Below, one piece after another: positions 18,316-28,130 of a DNA stretch of 45,564 bases (positions are counted from its first letter, which is position 1; every line of letters begins with the position of its first letter). The position numbers were made by a program, and so were the translations under genes. Source of the stretch: a virus. Taxonomy: Duplodnaviria; Caudoviricetes. The notes under the pieces were generated by a model that worked only from the letters and a program-made list of their open reading frames with translations, ran no database searches and was not told where the DNA came from. The DNA is taken from the IMG/VR virus record IMGVR_UViG_3300043748_000006, positions 1 through 45,564 of that record; one strand, given 5' to 3'.

Positions 18316-18935
18316 TGGGAAGCTACACAATTCAGCGAGGAGACACGCTAGGCGGACTAGCGCGTAAGTACAACACGAGTGTTCAGAGTTTGGCTCAGGC
18401 CAATAAGATTCGTAACCCGAATATGATTTATGCGGGTGGGAAGCTGAACATTCCGAGTTATAATCCAACTCCTCAACCTGCACCACAAACGGCTGCCCCA
18501 GCTGCGCCGCAACCTCCTAAGCAGCAGTCACTTGATGACTGGCTTGCAGGAGATACGACTTACAATCAGCAACAGGCTAACTTCAATAAGGCCAAAGCTG
18601 ATTATGATGCGCAGTACACACAGCAGCAACAGCAGACTAATCGAGACTACGCAACTTCCACTCGTGCTCTGAATCAACAGGGAACGTTGGACCGTGAGAA
18701 TCAGATGAATGATTACGCGGGACGTGGAATCGTAAACTCTGGTGTCTACGCCAATGCCCTGTCGCAATACAACGATCAGTTCAATACGAAGATGAACAAC
18801 CTTAACCAAGGTCTTCAGGACACGTTGAACAATCAGAACATGGCAAGGACTAACTTCCTTCGTCAGACACAGTACGAACAGGATGCGGCTCGACAGGATG
18901 CTGTTCGTCGTCGTGCTCAGAGTTTGGGGATCTAA
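18315..18935 (+). CDS. LysM-domain protein with a Gln-rich ejection-protein-like C-terminus
   Basis: YTIQRGDTLGGLARKYNTSVQSLAQANKIRNPNMIYAGGKLNIP is a canonical LysM; RGIVNSG motif. Confidence 0.85.
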   Translation: MGSYTIQRGDTLGGLARKYNTSVQSLAQANKIRNPNMIYAGGKLNIPSYNPTPQPAPQTAAPAAPQPPKQQSLDDWLAGDTTYNQQQANFNKAKADYDAQYTQQQQQTNRDYATSTRALNQQGTLDRENQMNDYAGRGIVNSGVYANALSQYNDQFNTKMNNLNQGLQDTLNNQNMARTNFLRQTQYEQDAARQDAVRRRAQSLGI

Positions 18936-20533
18936 TGGGTTTCTGGGATTGGCTCTTTGATAACCCGAAGTCGCAGGACAATCAGATTGCCAAAGATCTT
19001 AAGCAGAAGTTGGGTCGTCAGCCCACTGATAACGAGATTCAACAGGAGAAGAACAACCGAAGCACGGGTAACCTGACATCTGGTGGAAACCCGAGTAATT
19101 ACAATCCTAACGCAAACGTAGGTCCTTATACTCCGGGAGCTTCTCAGTCTCAGAGTAATAGTTCTCCGTTTGCTAACACTCAAGGTGCTCGACCTCAGGC
19201 ATCTTCCCCTGTCGCGACAGGGGGTGGTTCTCCGTTTGCTAATCCGAACACTCAGGACAAGACGAGTATCAATGATGCTCTGAACGTTCTGAACAACCCT
19301 TACGTTTCTTCTCCGAATGCTCAGAACAACGCGTCGAGTGTTCTTCAGAAGTTCGGTATCAACGCTGGTCCGAACTTTCCTCAGCAAAATCCTTACGACA
19401 AGCTGTATCAGAACCTGATGGATCAAATCCAGAGTATTCAGGTTCAGCAGACTCCTTACGATCAGCTTAAGGCTATGGCTGATAGTCAGGTGAATGCTCA
19501 GTACGATCCGGTTATTAACTCACTTCAGGGTGAGATGAATCGTACTCAGACACGGGCAGACGAAAACAAGATGGATATCCGGAGCATGTATGGTGCTCTG
19601 GGCGATAATGCAAATGCACAAGCAGCACAAATGCAGCAGTCTAATCAGGTTGCTCAGGATCAGACTAATAAGCAGTACGATCAGGCTGCGCAACAGATGC
19701 AGCAGTCTTATCAGAACGTTGCTGGACAACAGCAAAACATCATGAGTCAGCTTGGTCTTCAGGCTGCCGGAGCTGATCCACGTCTTCAGCAGAACGATGC
19801 CGATAAGGCTTATTTCCAGAATCAGCAGGCTGCGGATCATCAGCATCAGATTGATGCACTTCAGCAGATCGGACAGGCTGATCAGGGGTACCAGCATAAC
19901 ATCGCGACTAATAGTCAGATGGCTGGTGAGAATCAGGCGCAGCTTCTTACCCGACAGCTTCAGGATTACATGGGTCAAGCTCAGGATAAGATGGTCGGTC
20001 TTCAGCAGCAGAAGGGTTTGGATGCTACGAACATTCTGAATCAGCTGTACATGAATGACCTGAATCGTGTTCAGAATCAGGGTCAAATGGCTTTCCAGCG
20101 AGCCATGGATATGAACAATTTCCAGCTGAACGCGATGAACGCCAACAACAGTAATCAGATGGCTCAGCAGGATCTTCTCGCTAAGCTCAAGATGATTGAT
20201 GCTCGATGGGGACAGGGAAGCAAGGCTAATACAATGGGAACTCAGTCCGGTATGGGCGGAGTTGACCATTTCCTAGCTCAGCAGTATGGAAACGACAATA
20301 ACGGTACCGCCGCTAAGCTTCAGCAACTTCTCGGGCAGACTCTTAATTCTCCGGAAGTTATTCAGGGGAAGGTTAAGGGGAAGGATGCTCAGGGTGCAGA
20401 CACTATGTACAATATGACTGATGAATACGTAATGCAGCAGCTTAGGAATCTGGCTCAGCAGCAGGGTCTTAACGGAGTAGACGTTAATAACCTGATGGAC
20501 TCGTATCTCGCTTACAAGGGAAATCTTAGGTAA
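18935..20533 (+). CDS. Gln/Asn-rich putative ejection (internal virion) protein
   Basis: 532 aa, very Q/N/A-rich and helical; located after the nozzle. Confidence 0.65.
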   Translation: MGFWDWLFDNPKSQDNQIAKDLKQKLGRQPTDNEIQQEKNNRSTGNLTSGGNPSNYNPNANVGPYTPGASQSQSNSSPFANTQGARPQASSPVATGGGSPFANPNTQDKTSINDALNVLNNPYVSSPNAQNNASSVLQKFGINAGPNFPQQNPYDKLYQNLMDQIQSIQVQQTPYDQLKAMADSQVNAQYDPVINSLQGEMNRTQTRADENKMDIRSMYGALGDNANAQAAQMQQSNQVAQDQTNKQYDQAAQQMQQSYQNVAGQQQNIMSQLGLQAAGADPRLQQNDADKAYFQNQQAADHQHQIDALQQIGQADQGYQHNIATNSQMAGENQAQLLTRQLQDYMGQAQDKMVGLQQQKGLDATNILNQLYMNDLNRVQNQGQMAFQRAMDMNNFQLNAMNANNSNQMAQQDLLAKLKMIDARWGQGSKANTMGTQSGMGGVDHFLAQQYGNDNNGTAAKLQQLLGQTLNSPEVIQGKVKGKDAQGADTMYNMTDEYVMQQLRNLAQQQGLNGVDVNNLMDSYLAYKGNLR

Positions 20534-20542
20534 GGATAAGAC

Positions 20543-23500
20543 ATGCTCGAAGGTTTTAAGCCTCTCGATCTGTCTTTTCTGCGGTCGAAGCCTCTGGACA
20601 TGTCTATGTTCGGAGGCTCTTCCGTAGATGGACAAGTTGCTCCAACGGGTGTTCCAAGTGCTTTGTCTGTCGCTAAGAAGATTAGCGGAAACATGGACTG
20701 GAACGCTGCCAAGAAGATTGCAGATGACACTGCCAAGAAGGGTTCTCCAGAAGAACCAACCTTCCTCGGCGGACTAATGGACTTGCTTAGTTCTGGGAAC
20801 TACGCAGTTGCTAACGGTGTCGAAGGCGGGATTAATGCGTGGCATGACAGGGGGTCCGATGGGCCCTTGGGCTGGCTAGAGGCCGCTGGTGGGGCCGTCA
20901 AGGGCTCCCTAGAGGGACTTGGGGCCGGTATCACGTCAGGCTTGGCAGCCATGACCGGACTTGACGACGACACAGCGCGCAGCCAGTACGGCAAAACGCG
21001 TTGGTCTGACATCATTCAAAACCACACTCCACTTGGCATTAAGTTTGATCCTAATACGGGTCAATACACGCAAGATGGAGATGTTATCACTGAGGATCAG
21101 GCCAAACAGCGAAATCTTGCTAACGGTCTGTTTGGTCTCGCTGGTGATATCTTTCTTGATCCTCTGTCATATACCGGCGGTGGTCTTCTTCCTAAGTTCT
21201 CAAAGGGAGCTCAGATTGCTACTGATGGGGGAGATGCAGCTAAAACTGTTCTCGCCTCTGCTGATGACCTTCAGAACATTAAGGGCATTGGCAAGGTCGA
21301 TGCTTCCGCGACAGGGGATATCAACAACCTGGCTCAGGGTGCTTTCAACATCGACAAGTACCTGAGTCCTATTAACAAAGCATCAGATGCAGCCGGAATC
21401 ATTCCTATTGCTGACAAAGCGTCAAAGTTTGCAACAGACGTAGCCCCTGTCGCGAACAAGACTGAGAACGCCAAGTCGTTTGATGACATGCTTTCAGAAA
21501 TGATGGGAGCGGGAGAGCTTTCATCAGCTAAGAATGCCGAGACAGGGGGAGATGTCGGGAAGTTTCTTGAGGGTGCATCAAGTCTTCCAACATCCGTAGC
21601 CCCTGTCGCGGAAGATGCTGTAAACGCTCTCAAGGATACGAAGTATTCTCGTGCGAACAGTGTTCCTAAGAACTCGCTTCTATTCGAAGGCAATCAGAAT
21701 CTTCTTGCTTCTAAGCTTGGCGGTCTGATTGCTGCTGCTCCCGATGCGAAGACTGCCGTTCGTGATGTTTTCGGATGGCTAGGATCGAAACACAGTGAGT
21801 TCGAATTCCCTAGTCTCGAATCCTACATGGAGAAGATTCGGACTGCTCCGAACTACAACCAGTTCAAGGGGCTTTTCAACTACGCAGGTAAAGAACCTGC
21901 TCTCATGCAGAAGTCTGCCGAACTTCGTAAGCGTGTTATTGGAGGACTTCGTCAGGCCATCAAGACTGACGTAGCTGCTTCAGATGCAGCTAAGGGAAGT
22001 GGTGTTCGTTCTGCTTCTCAGATCATTGATGACATCGCAGCCGGTAATGATTCGGCCCGGTTCTCGAACATTGGCAAGGCACTCGATGCCCAGGATGCCG
22101 GTGTTCTCAACAAGATGATTCAGAAGTACGGAAAGTCCATTGCGACAGGGGTTTTCCACTCAGCCAAGAATCCCGATGCAGTTGCTCAGGCCGTGAAGAA
22201 CGGAACGATTCACAAGTGGACCGGTCCCGTTCAGGTTAACGTTTGGAACAGTCTTCTTCATAATCTAAACGCGACAGGGGCACTGAAGTATACGAACCCG
22301 AAGTCTCGTTGGACGAAGGCTCTGGACCTTCTTCGGAAGTTCGAAGACCACTTCATCGGTCAGGGTCATACTCCATACTCGGCTTTCAAGACTGCTGAAT
22401 CTGTTCCACTTCGACTGAGTGACGTCATCTCTCACATCGGGAAGGAAGCGTTTGCGAAGCACTCGGATGATCTGACGTCTGTTCTTCGAAGTGCTTTCTC
22501 TGGTGGGCAAATCACTGGAAAGTCTGAAGAAGCCGTTAAGCTCGTTCAGCAAGCAATTGAAAAGGCCAAGGCCGGCGCCGCTATTGCGGAAACGCCAATT
22601 GTTCAGGGTGCAGTTTCTAAGGGACAGCATCTAATCGAAAACACTATGGCTACGGCTAGTGCAGTTTCAAAACCTGCGGCAGAAGAAGTTGTTGCTCAAG
22701 CCGCTAAGGCTACTAAGGATGCAGCTCTTAACGGTGGAGCAAGTCTTAATGGAGCAAAGGCAGCGGGGGAGTGGCTTAAGGATGCTTATGGGATAGCTGA
22801 TCCTGTTGGAAACGCTATCACGAGTAACAAGATTGCGACGATGGCAGCTATGTCTGAGAAGGCTGCTGAAAAGGGAGCCATCGCAATCAAGTACTCCAAC
22901 GCTCCGAAGGTAACTGCGGCAATCGGTAAGGCACTTGGTCAGCCGATTAGTCAGGTTGCCAAGAAGGTCGGACCCCTGTCGCGAGTAGAAGACTGGCTTG
23001 GTGCACGTTTCAATGCTGCATACAAGAACGCTGATATGCGTCCGGTCTATCTTTCCAACATGGCATCAGCTAAGGCGACTGTTAGTCTTCGAGCTCGGCA
23101 GATTAACGATCTGGTTCACAAGTTCGGTAATGATGGAAACTTGTGGCACGAAGCTATGCAAGCTGCACAGGGTATGAAGGCTGCCGGAACCCCTGAGATC
23201 AAGGCACTTGGTCAGGAAATCCAGAAGGTCATGGAGGACCTGTTTGGCGGTTCTGGTCTTCGCAAGGGTGCAGAGTTCGAATCAACAGTTGTTGGTCGTT
23301 CTCAGCTTCTCATGGGAGAACTCAATCAGGCCCTTAAGCGTTTCGGTCTTCCGTTCCAGTTCACCAACAAGGGCAAGTATGCCAAGGGTGCCGACTGGAT
23401 GAAGTCATGGGAAAGTTGGGACGTTAAGAATCCTCTTCGAACTCTCTACTCAGTTCAAAACGCGGTAGAGCACACTGTCCGAACGAGAACCATGTTTGAT

Positions 23501-25000
23501 GAGATCGTCTCTCGTTTCGGAAGTTACGCGAAGAAGGCCGGTTACACGACGCAGATTGATTCGAAGCTTGCCAAGGAGTTTCCTTATCTCGCTCAGGCTC
23601 ACTTCTCTCCTGAGATGGCCGAGCAGGCGAACAACTTCCTGAAGATTTTCAAGGAAGCTAATACTCCTCAGAGCAAGTTCCTTGCTCAGATCAATAACGT
23701 TCTAAGCAAGTGGAAGTCTTCGGTAACGATTTATCGTCCCGCTCACTACTGGCGAAACCTCGTTGGCGATATGGCTTTCAACTGGCTCGCTAACGTCAGT
23801 GGAACTAAGCCTTACAATATCGCTCGTAAGGTGATGCAGTCTCAAAAGGGTAAGTATGAGTGGGATACCGGAAACCTGGCTGATCTCACAGGACCGGATG
23901 CCCTAAAGAAGGCAATCGCGCGTGGTGGAAGCGCGACAGGGCCTATTGGAAGTAACATCGCTCTGACCATGAGGAATGGTCTGAAGGTTACTAATGACAT
24001 GCTGTATGTTGCAGCATTCCAGAAGGGTATTCTTCCCTCTGCTCGAATCCTTGAAGACCTTCCGGACAAGGTTCCTTCGATCCTCGATAAGATTCATCTT
24101 CCCGGAAAGATGCAAGGCAAGGGTCAGGAGTTCGTTCATGGTCTTCATGAACAGCGTGACCACTTCATCCGACTTGCTCACTTTGCAGATGCAGTTATGA
24201 AGTCGGGTAAGCCGTTCGAGCAAGCTGTAGATGATGCGGCTCGAATCGTTCGTAAGTGGCATCCAGATGGTATGGACTTCACGAAGTTCGAACGTAACAC
24301 GATGCGAACTGTGTTCCCGTTCTACAGCTGGACACGTAAGGCAATTCCACTCGCTGTTGAGTCCGTTTACTCAAATCCGGGTAAGGTCATGCTTTACCCG
24401 AAGCTTCAGTACGGGATTCAACAGATGAATCTCGGTCAGCAGGCTGGTAATTCGATGGCTGATCCTTTCCCGTTGGATCAGCTTTGGCCGGACTGGATGC
24501 GTGAAAAGGGAATCGGTCCGATGTTTGGTAGTGGTCCTGGTGATTACTCCATCATCGCACCTTCGTTCCCGATTAATGATCTGGCTGCTCAGTTTGGTAA
24601 TCTTCCTCGCATGCTCGGTCAGGGATTCTCTTCCAAGGGCATCTCCGGCATCACTCAGATGGTTAATCCCTTCGCTAAGATTCCCGCTGAAATGATGTCC
24701 GGAACGAACCTGATTAACCAGGCTCCCATTAAGGACTGGTCTCAGTACTTCACTAATCAGATTCCTGGCATCAGTGATGCGGGTCGTGTTACCAATGTAG
24801 ACCTAGGCGGTCTCTCACCTTCTTATGACAAGCAAGGTGGAATCGGTAACATGCAGAACATCATCAACTATCTGACTGGTATCGGCTACACGGATGTTAA
24901 TCCGAACGTTGCCAAGGCCGGACAGTTCAACATGAGGGATTATATCAAGCGAACCATTAAGGACCCGGCCAAGCTCGAACAGATGCGGAATTCACAGTGA
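20543..25000 (+). CDS. Large internal virion / ejection protein (1485 aa)
   Basis: GDIFLDPLSY motif, Gly-rich hydrophobic N-terminal stretch, C-terminal RP.HYWRN and FPFYSW motifs seen in large podovirus internal proteins. Confidence 0.7.
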   Translation: MLEGFKPLDLSFLRSKPLDMSMFGGSSVDGQVAPTGVPSALSVAKKISGNMDWNAAKKIADDTAKKGSPEEPTFLGGLMDLLSSGNYAVANGVEGGINAWHDRGSDGPLGWLEAAGGAVKGSLEGLGAGITSGLAAMTGLDDDTARSQYGKTRWSDIIQNHTPLGIKFDPNTGQYTQDGDVITEDQAKQRNLANGLFGLAGDIFLDPLSYTGGGLLPKFSKGAQIATDGGDAAKTVLASADDLQNIKGIGKVDASATGDINNLAQGAFNIDKYLSPINKASDAAGIIPIADKASKFATDVAPVANKTENAKSFDDMLSEMMGAGELSSAKNAETGGDVGKFLEGASSLPTSVAPVAEDAVNALKDTKYSRANSVPKNSLLFEGNQNLLASKLGGLIAAAPDAKTAVRDVFGWLGSKHSEFEFPSLESYMEKIRTAPNYNQFKGLFNYAGKEPALMQKSAELRKRVIGGLRQAIKTDVAASDAAKGSGVRSASQIIDDIAAGNDSARFSNIGKALDAQDAGVLNKMIQKYGKSIATGVFHSAKNPDAVAQAVKNGTIHKWTGPVQVNVWNSLLHNLNATGALKYTNPKSRWTKALDLLRKFEDHFIGQGHTPYSAFKTAESVPLRLSDVISHIGKEAFAKHSDDLTSVLRSAFSGGQITGKSEEAVKLVQQAIEKAKAGAAIAETPIVQGAVSKGQHLIENTMATASAVSKPAAEEVVAQAAKATKDAALNGGASLNGAKAAGEWLKDAYGIADPVGNAITSNKIATMAAMSEKAAEKGAIAIKYSNAPKVTAAIGKALGQPISQVAKKVGPLSRVEDWLGARFNAAYKNADMRPVYLSNMASAKATVSLRARQINDLVHKFGNDGNLWHEAMQAAQGMKAAGTPEIKALGQEIQKVMEDLFGGSGLRKGAEFESTVVGRSQLLMGELNQALKRFGLPFQFTNKGKYAKGADWMKSWESWDVKNPLRTLYSVQNAVEHTVRTRTMFDEIVSRFGSYAKKAGYTTQIDSKLAKEFPYLAQAHFSPEMAEQANNFLKIFKEANTPQSKFLAQINNVLSKWKSSVTIYRPAHYWRNLVGDMAFNWLANVSGTKPYNIARKVMQSQKGKYEWDTGNLADLTGPDALKKAIARGGSATGPIGSNIALTMRNGLKVTNDMLYVAAFQKGILPSARILEDLPDKVPSILDKIHLPGKMQGKGQEFVHGLHEQRDHFIRLAHFADAVMKSGKPFEQAVDDAARIVRKWHPDGMDFTKFERNTMRTVFPFYSWTRKAIPLAVESVYSNPGKVMLYPKLQYGIQQMNLGQQAGNSMADPFPLDQLWPDWMREKGIGPMFGSGPGDYSIIAPSFPINDLAAQFGNLPRMLGQGFSSKGISGITQMVNPFAKIPAEMMSGTNLINQAPIKDWSQYFTNQIPGISDAGRVTNVDLGGLSPSYDKQGGIGNMQNIINYLTGIGYTDVNPNVAKAGQFNMRDYIKRTIKDPAKLEQMRNSQ

Positions 25001-25887
25001 CAACCCCTGTCGCGCCAATTCCTCAATCAGGATTTGGCTATTCCCAACAACCAACTTCATCTACTCTCAAGCAGAGGATGTTTGGATATTCTCCTTACGT
25101 CATTCCGCAAGGTGTAGATCCGGCTAGTTACAACTTCACTCAGAACTATCTTTCCCGAAAGACTCAGGGAAGTCCGTTCGAACAGCAGCAACGTCTGAAC
25201 AATACACAAGATGTTGCGATGGATGTTGCGGATAAGTCCGCCGGAAACATCCCAGTTGATAAGTACGGTGTTGTTCAGAACACTGGACAAGTTAAACCTG
25301 ACGATCTGACGAGTCAGTTCAATCAGCAAACGTCAGCTATTCGTCAAACGGGAACAAATGCGGCCGATGCGGCTCAGGCAGCTAATCAGTGGCAGCAACT
25401 TAAGAAGCAGCAGGATCTAGCGGCTTCTTACAGTGTGAAGATGGGTACCCCTGTCGCGAATGGATATGCTCCCGCGACAGGGGGTAGTCCGGTCGGAAAC
25501 AACAAGGGTGCACAGGCTGTTCAACTTGCAATGAACGCCTACAACAACAAAACACCTTATGTCTGGGGAGGTAACTCCCTCATTAAAGGTATCGATTGTA
25601 GTGGGCTTGTTCAGCAGGCTTACTCTCAACTTGGAATCAATCTTCCACGCACCACGTATGAACAGGCAAAAAGTGGCAGCGTGATCGGGTTGAATTCCCT
25701 CCAGCCCGGGGACCTAGTATTCTATAACACCGGAAGCAGTGATCCGAACGGTGTTGGCCAGTATAGTCATGTCGCCATTTATACAGGGAACGGGAACATT
25801 GTAGATGCCAGGAATACCCGAACGGGCATGCAGTCTGGTTCTATCTATGGTCCTGGTACTCCCGTATTGGGGGTGCGCCCGTGGTAA
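24997..25887 (+). CDS. NlpC/P60 peptidoglycan peptidase-domain protein
   Basis: PYVWGG...GIDCSGLV...LPRTT..Q...LQPGDLVFY...HVAIY. Confidence 0.92.
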   Translation: MTTPVAPIPQSGFGYSQQPTSSTLKQRMFGYSPYVIPQGVDPASYNFTQNYLSRKTQGSPFEQQQRLNNTQDVAMDVADKSAGNIPVDKYGVVQNTGQVKPDDLTSQFNQQTSAIRQTGTNAADAAQAANQWQQLKKQQDLAASYSVKMGTPVANGYAPATGGSPVGNNKGAQAVQLAMNAYNNKTPYVWGGNSLIKGIDCSGLVQQAYSQLGINLPRTTYEQAKSGSVIGLNSLQPGDLVFYNTGSSDPNGVGQYSHVAIYTGNGNIVDARNTRTGMQSGSIYGPGTPVLGVRPW

Positions 25888-26447
25888 ACGGTTTTGATAA
25901 CTCCACCATGAATACTGGTTACAGTAACGAACTTCGTAGGATTGGAAGTATGGGCAACTACAATGTTGCTCCACAACTTCCTAAGCCAGTCGCTACGAAC
26001 AACGTTACTTACAACCCTACGGTAAATACGCCTGGTTCCCCTGTCGCGAATACAACGTCGCCTGGAGTATCCGCGACAGGGGATCTGGGAAGACTCGTCA
26101 ATGCCATTAAGTCTCAAGAGTCGGGTAATGATTACGCGGCTCGAAACAAGGATTCTGGTGCACTTGGTGCATACCAGATTATGCCTTTCAACCTTAGTGG
26201 CTGGGGACAAGAAGCGGTTGGCCATGCCGTTAGTCCCGACGAGTTTATGGGAAGTCCTCAGCTTCAGGATCAAATCGCTCAGTACAAGCTGAACCAGTAT
26301 CTTCAGAAATATGGAGCCGCTGGTGCTGCCGCAGCTTGGTACGGTGGACCCGGTTCTGTTGCTCATATGGACGACAACAAACCCCAACCCGGAGGTTATC
26401 CCTCCATGAGGGCTTATTACGAAGCGATTCTTAGGAGGATGGGATGA
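25881..26447 (+). CDS. Lytic transglycosylase / lysozyme-like domain protein
   Basis: AIKSQESGNDY.A.N..SGALGAYQIMP...AAAWYGGPG. Confidence 0.85.
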   Translation: MVNGFDNSTMNTGYSNELRRIGSMGNYNVAPQLPKPVATNNVTYNPTVNTPGSPVANTTSPGVSATGDLGRLVNAIKSQESGNDYAARNKDSGALGAYQIMPFNLSGWGQEAVGHAVSPDEFMGSPQLQDQIAQYKLNQYLQKYGAAGAAAAWYGGPGSVAHMDDNKPQPGGYPSMRAYYEAILRRMG

Positions 26448-26659
26448 CTCCAAAGTTTAACGTTGTTCCGAAGGACATCGAAGGTGTTCTTCAGTATCTC
26501 GACGGCATCTTCGAGAAGGTTAACAACCTGGAGCAGAGCCACAAGGAACTTGGTGATGCCATCAACGCCTTGGAGCGGAAGTTTTTCAAGCTTCTTCTGG
26601 TGTTTGGTATTGCTGTTGCTGCTAAGTACGGAATCGATCTTTCGGGAGTCCAGCTGTGA
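26444..26659 (+). CDS. Putative holin-like protein
   Basis: Coiled coil, then a C-terminal hydrophobic helix; directly upstream of the endolysin. Confidence 0.5.
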   Translation: MTPKFNVVPKDIEGVLQYLDGIFEKVNNLEQSHKELGDAINALERKFFKLLLVFGIAVAAKYGIDLSGVQL

Positions 26660-27444
26660 CTTGGTCCGCTCAGGGTGTAATCGACGTTTTTATGTCCCAG
26701 CTGTACTATCAGGAGGGATATTCTAATGGTCATTGGAATAACCACCAGAAGTACTCTGATGAAGTTCCTGGACTTGAGTGGTCTCAGGATCAGCCTTGGT
26801 GTGAGACTTGCGTAACGTGGGTTTTCCAGACGGCTGGTGCGCCTTCTGGTTCCTACGTTGTTAGTGCTTCTGTTGCAGAGGCTCGTGACTTCTGGAAGAA
26901 CAAGGGACGTTTCTCCGAGTACCCGGCGATTGGTGCCCAGGTTATCTTCGGTGTTAATGGTGACGTTCACACCGGTATCGTTATTAGCTACACTGCTGAT
27001 CGAATCAGCGTGATTAGTGGAAACACTAATAACGATGGTTCTCCTGAGGGTAACCAGATCCTCATTAAGGACTACGACCGACGTAGCAACTACGTTTACG
27101 GGTACGGGTATCCCGAGTACCCCGAGGGCATTGTCTCGGCGGACCCGAATTGGGGCGGGAACAATTCTGCGGGATCTACGCCCGTAGCTATTCCTGACTT
27201 TCCTGGACGTAGCTACTTTGTAGTAGGTGCACGTAACAATTACGTAACGGAAGTTGACAACTGCCTTATCCGTAAGGGTTACACCCGTTATAGCGCGAAC
27301 GGCACTGGTAACTATAGTGCTGGTCCGGTCTACACCACTTATACAAAGCGGAACGTTCAGGCTTTCCAGATTGACCAGGGTTGGGGTGGACAGGATGCTG
27401 ATGGGTTGGTAGGCCCGGAGACGTGGAAGCGTCTTCACCAGTAA
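26656..27444 (+). CDS. Endolysin: CHAP domain plus C-terminal peptidoglycan-binding domain
   Basis: QPWCETCVTW and HTGIV..GNT (CHAP); PDFPGRSYF..GA.N.YV...NVQAFQ..QGW.G.DADG..GPETW.RL (Streptomyces-phage-type binding domain). Confidence 0.9.
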   Translation: MTWSAQGVIDVFMSQLYYQEGYSNGHWNNHQKYSDEVPGLEWSQDQPWCETCVTWVFQTAGAPSGSYVVSASVAEARDFWKNKGRFSEYPAIGAQVIFGVNGDVHTGIVISYTADRISVISGNTNNDGSPEGNQILIKDYDRRSNYVYGYGYPEYPEGIVSADPNWGGNNSAGSTPVAIPDFPGRSYFVVGARNNYVTEVDNCLIRKGYTRYSANGTGNYSAGPVYTTYTKRNVQAFQIDQGWGGQDADGLVGPETWKRLHQ

Positions 27445-27461
27445 TAGGGGCTAAAGACTCT

Positions 27462-27501
27462 ACACCGGGCGTCAACTTATTATTCGGTTGACGCCCGGTG
27501 T
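27462..27501 (+). terminator. Terminator after the lysis genes
   Basis: 15-bp stem ACACCGGGCGTCAAC/GTTGACGCCCGGTGT, then CGTTTGT. Confidence 0.8.
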
Positions 27502-27550
27502 CGTTTGTAGGTTGTCATGAAAGCGTCGGGCATTAAAGATGCGTCAATGG

Positions 27551-27580
27551 TTGACTTCGACGGTTGACAGGGCATATTCT
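27551..27580 (+). promoter_or_regulatory. Candidate sigma70-type promoter giving a leaderless whiB mRNA
   Basis: TTGACT, 18-nt spacer, TATTCT, then 6 nt to ATG 27587; no SD. Confidence 0.6.
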
Positions 27581-27586
27581 GTCCTC

Positions 27587-27892
27587 ATGGCGACGCAAGA
27601 CCCGTTTGCTTGGCAGGCAAACGCAAAGTGTATCGGTGTGCCCACTTCCAAGTTCTTTCGTGATGAAGACGGAAGCGACCATAGCCCTGTCGCGTACAGA
27701 GACATATGTGCCGCTTGCCCAGTTAAATGGGAGTGTCTTGAAACGGGGATCATATACAACTTCGAGGGGGTTTGGGGAGGGTTGACAGAACTTGAAAGAA
27801 GGAAGCAGTACGACGAAGACTGGCGTCAGCAGCTGATAGAGGAACGAGACGAACTCGGAGAATACCGGAAACTCGACCACATCGCTGCATAA
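27587..27892 (+). CDS. whiB: WhiB-family Fe-S transcription factor
   Basis: W...A.C......FF, C..CPV...CL and GVWGGLTE.ERR motifs. Confidence 0.93.
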   Translation: MATQDPFAWQANAKCIGVPTSKFFRDEDGSDHSPVAYRDICAACPVKWECLETGIIYNFEGVWGGLTELERRKQYDEDWRQQLIEERDELGEYRKLDHIAA

Positions 27893-27903
27893 CTAAACAG
27901 AAA

Positions 27904-27932
27904 AAGCCCCCTGGCCGGTAACCAGGGGGCTT
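27904..27932. terminator. Bidirectional terminator at the convergence of the two arms
   Basis: AAGCCCCCTGG/CCAGGGGGCTT stem flanked by A-tract and T-rich tract. Confidence 0.85.
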
Positions 27933-27941
27933 CTTCGTGTT

Positions 27942-28130
27942 TTAAGTTAGATCCTCAGTCCTCCAGTGTCCATGTTTGCAGCTATAGATGGTTTGCGAGT
28001 TTTTAGAATCTCCGTAGCGCTCTCCATAGTACCAATCACCTATAAGGTATGGACAGTCACAATTCTCTTTGTCAGAGAAAGAACCAAGCTCAGCTATGGG
28101 AGGACCATCATAACCAGGTGCGTAACTCAC
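27942..28130 (-). CDS. Small hypothetical Cys/His protein
   Basis: Coupled start; CDCP...CKHGH. Confidence 0.6.
   Translation of the reverse strand: MSYAPGYDGPPIAELGSFSDKENCDCPYLIGDWYYGERYGDSKNSQTIYSCKHGHWRTEDLT

Noticed and set aside
20840-21000. Locally GC-rich patch within the large gene
   Set aside because: Explained by a Gly/Ala/Leu-rich segment; no boundaries suggesting an insertion
20543-25000. Tape measure protein or virion RNA polymerase
   Set aside because: No tail tube or chaperone genes nearby and no recognisable RNA polymerase catalytic motifs; context fits a podovirus internal protein
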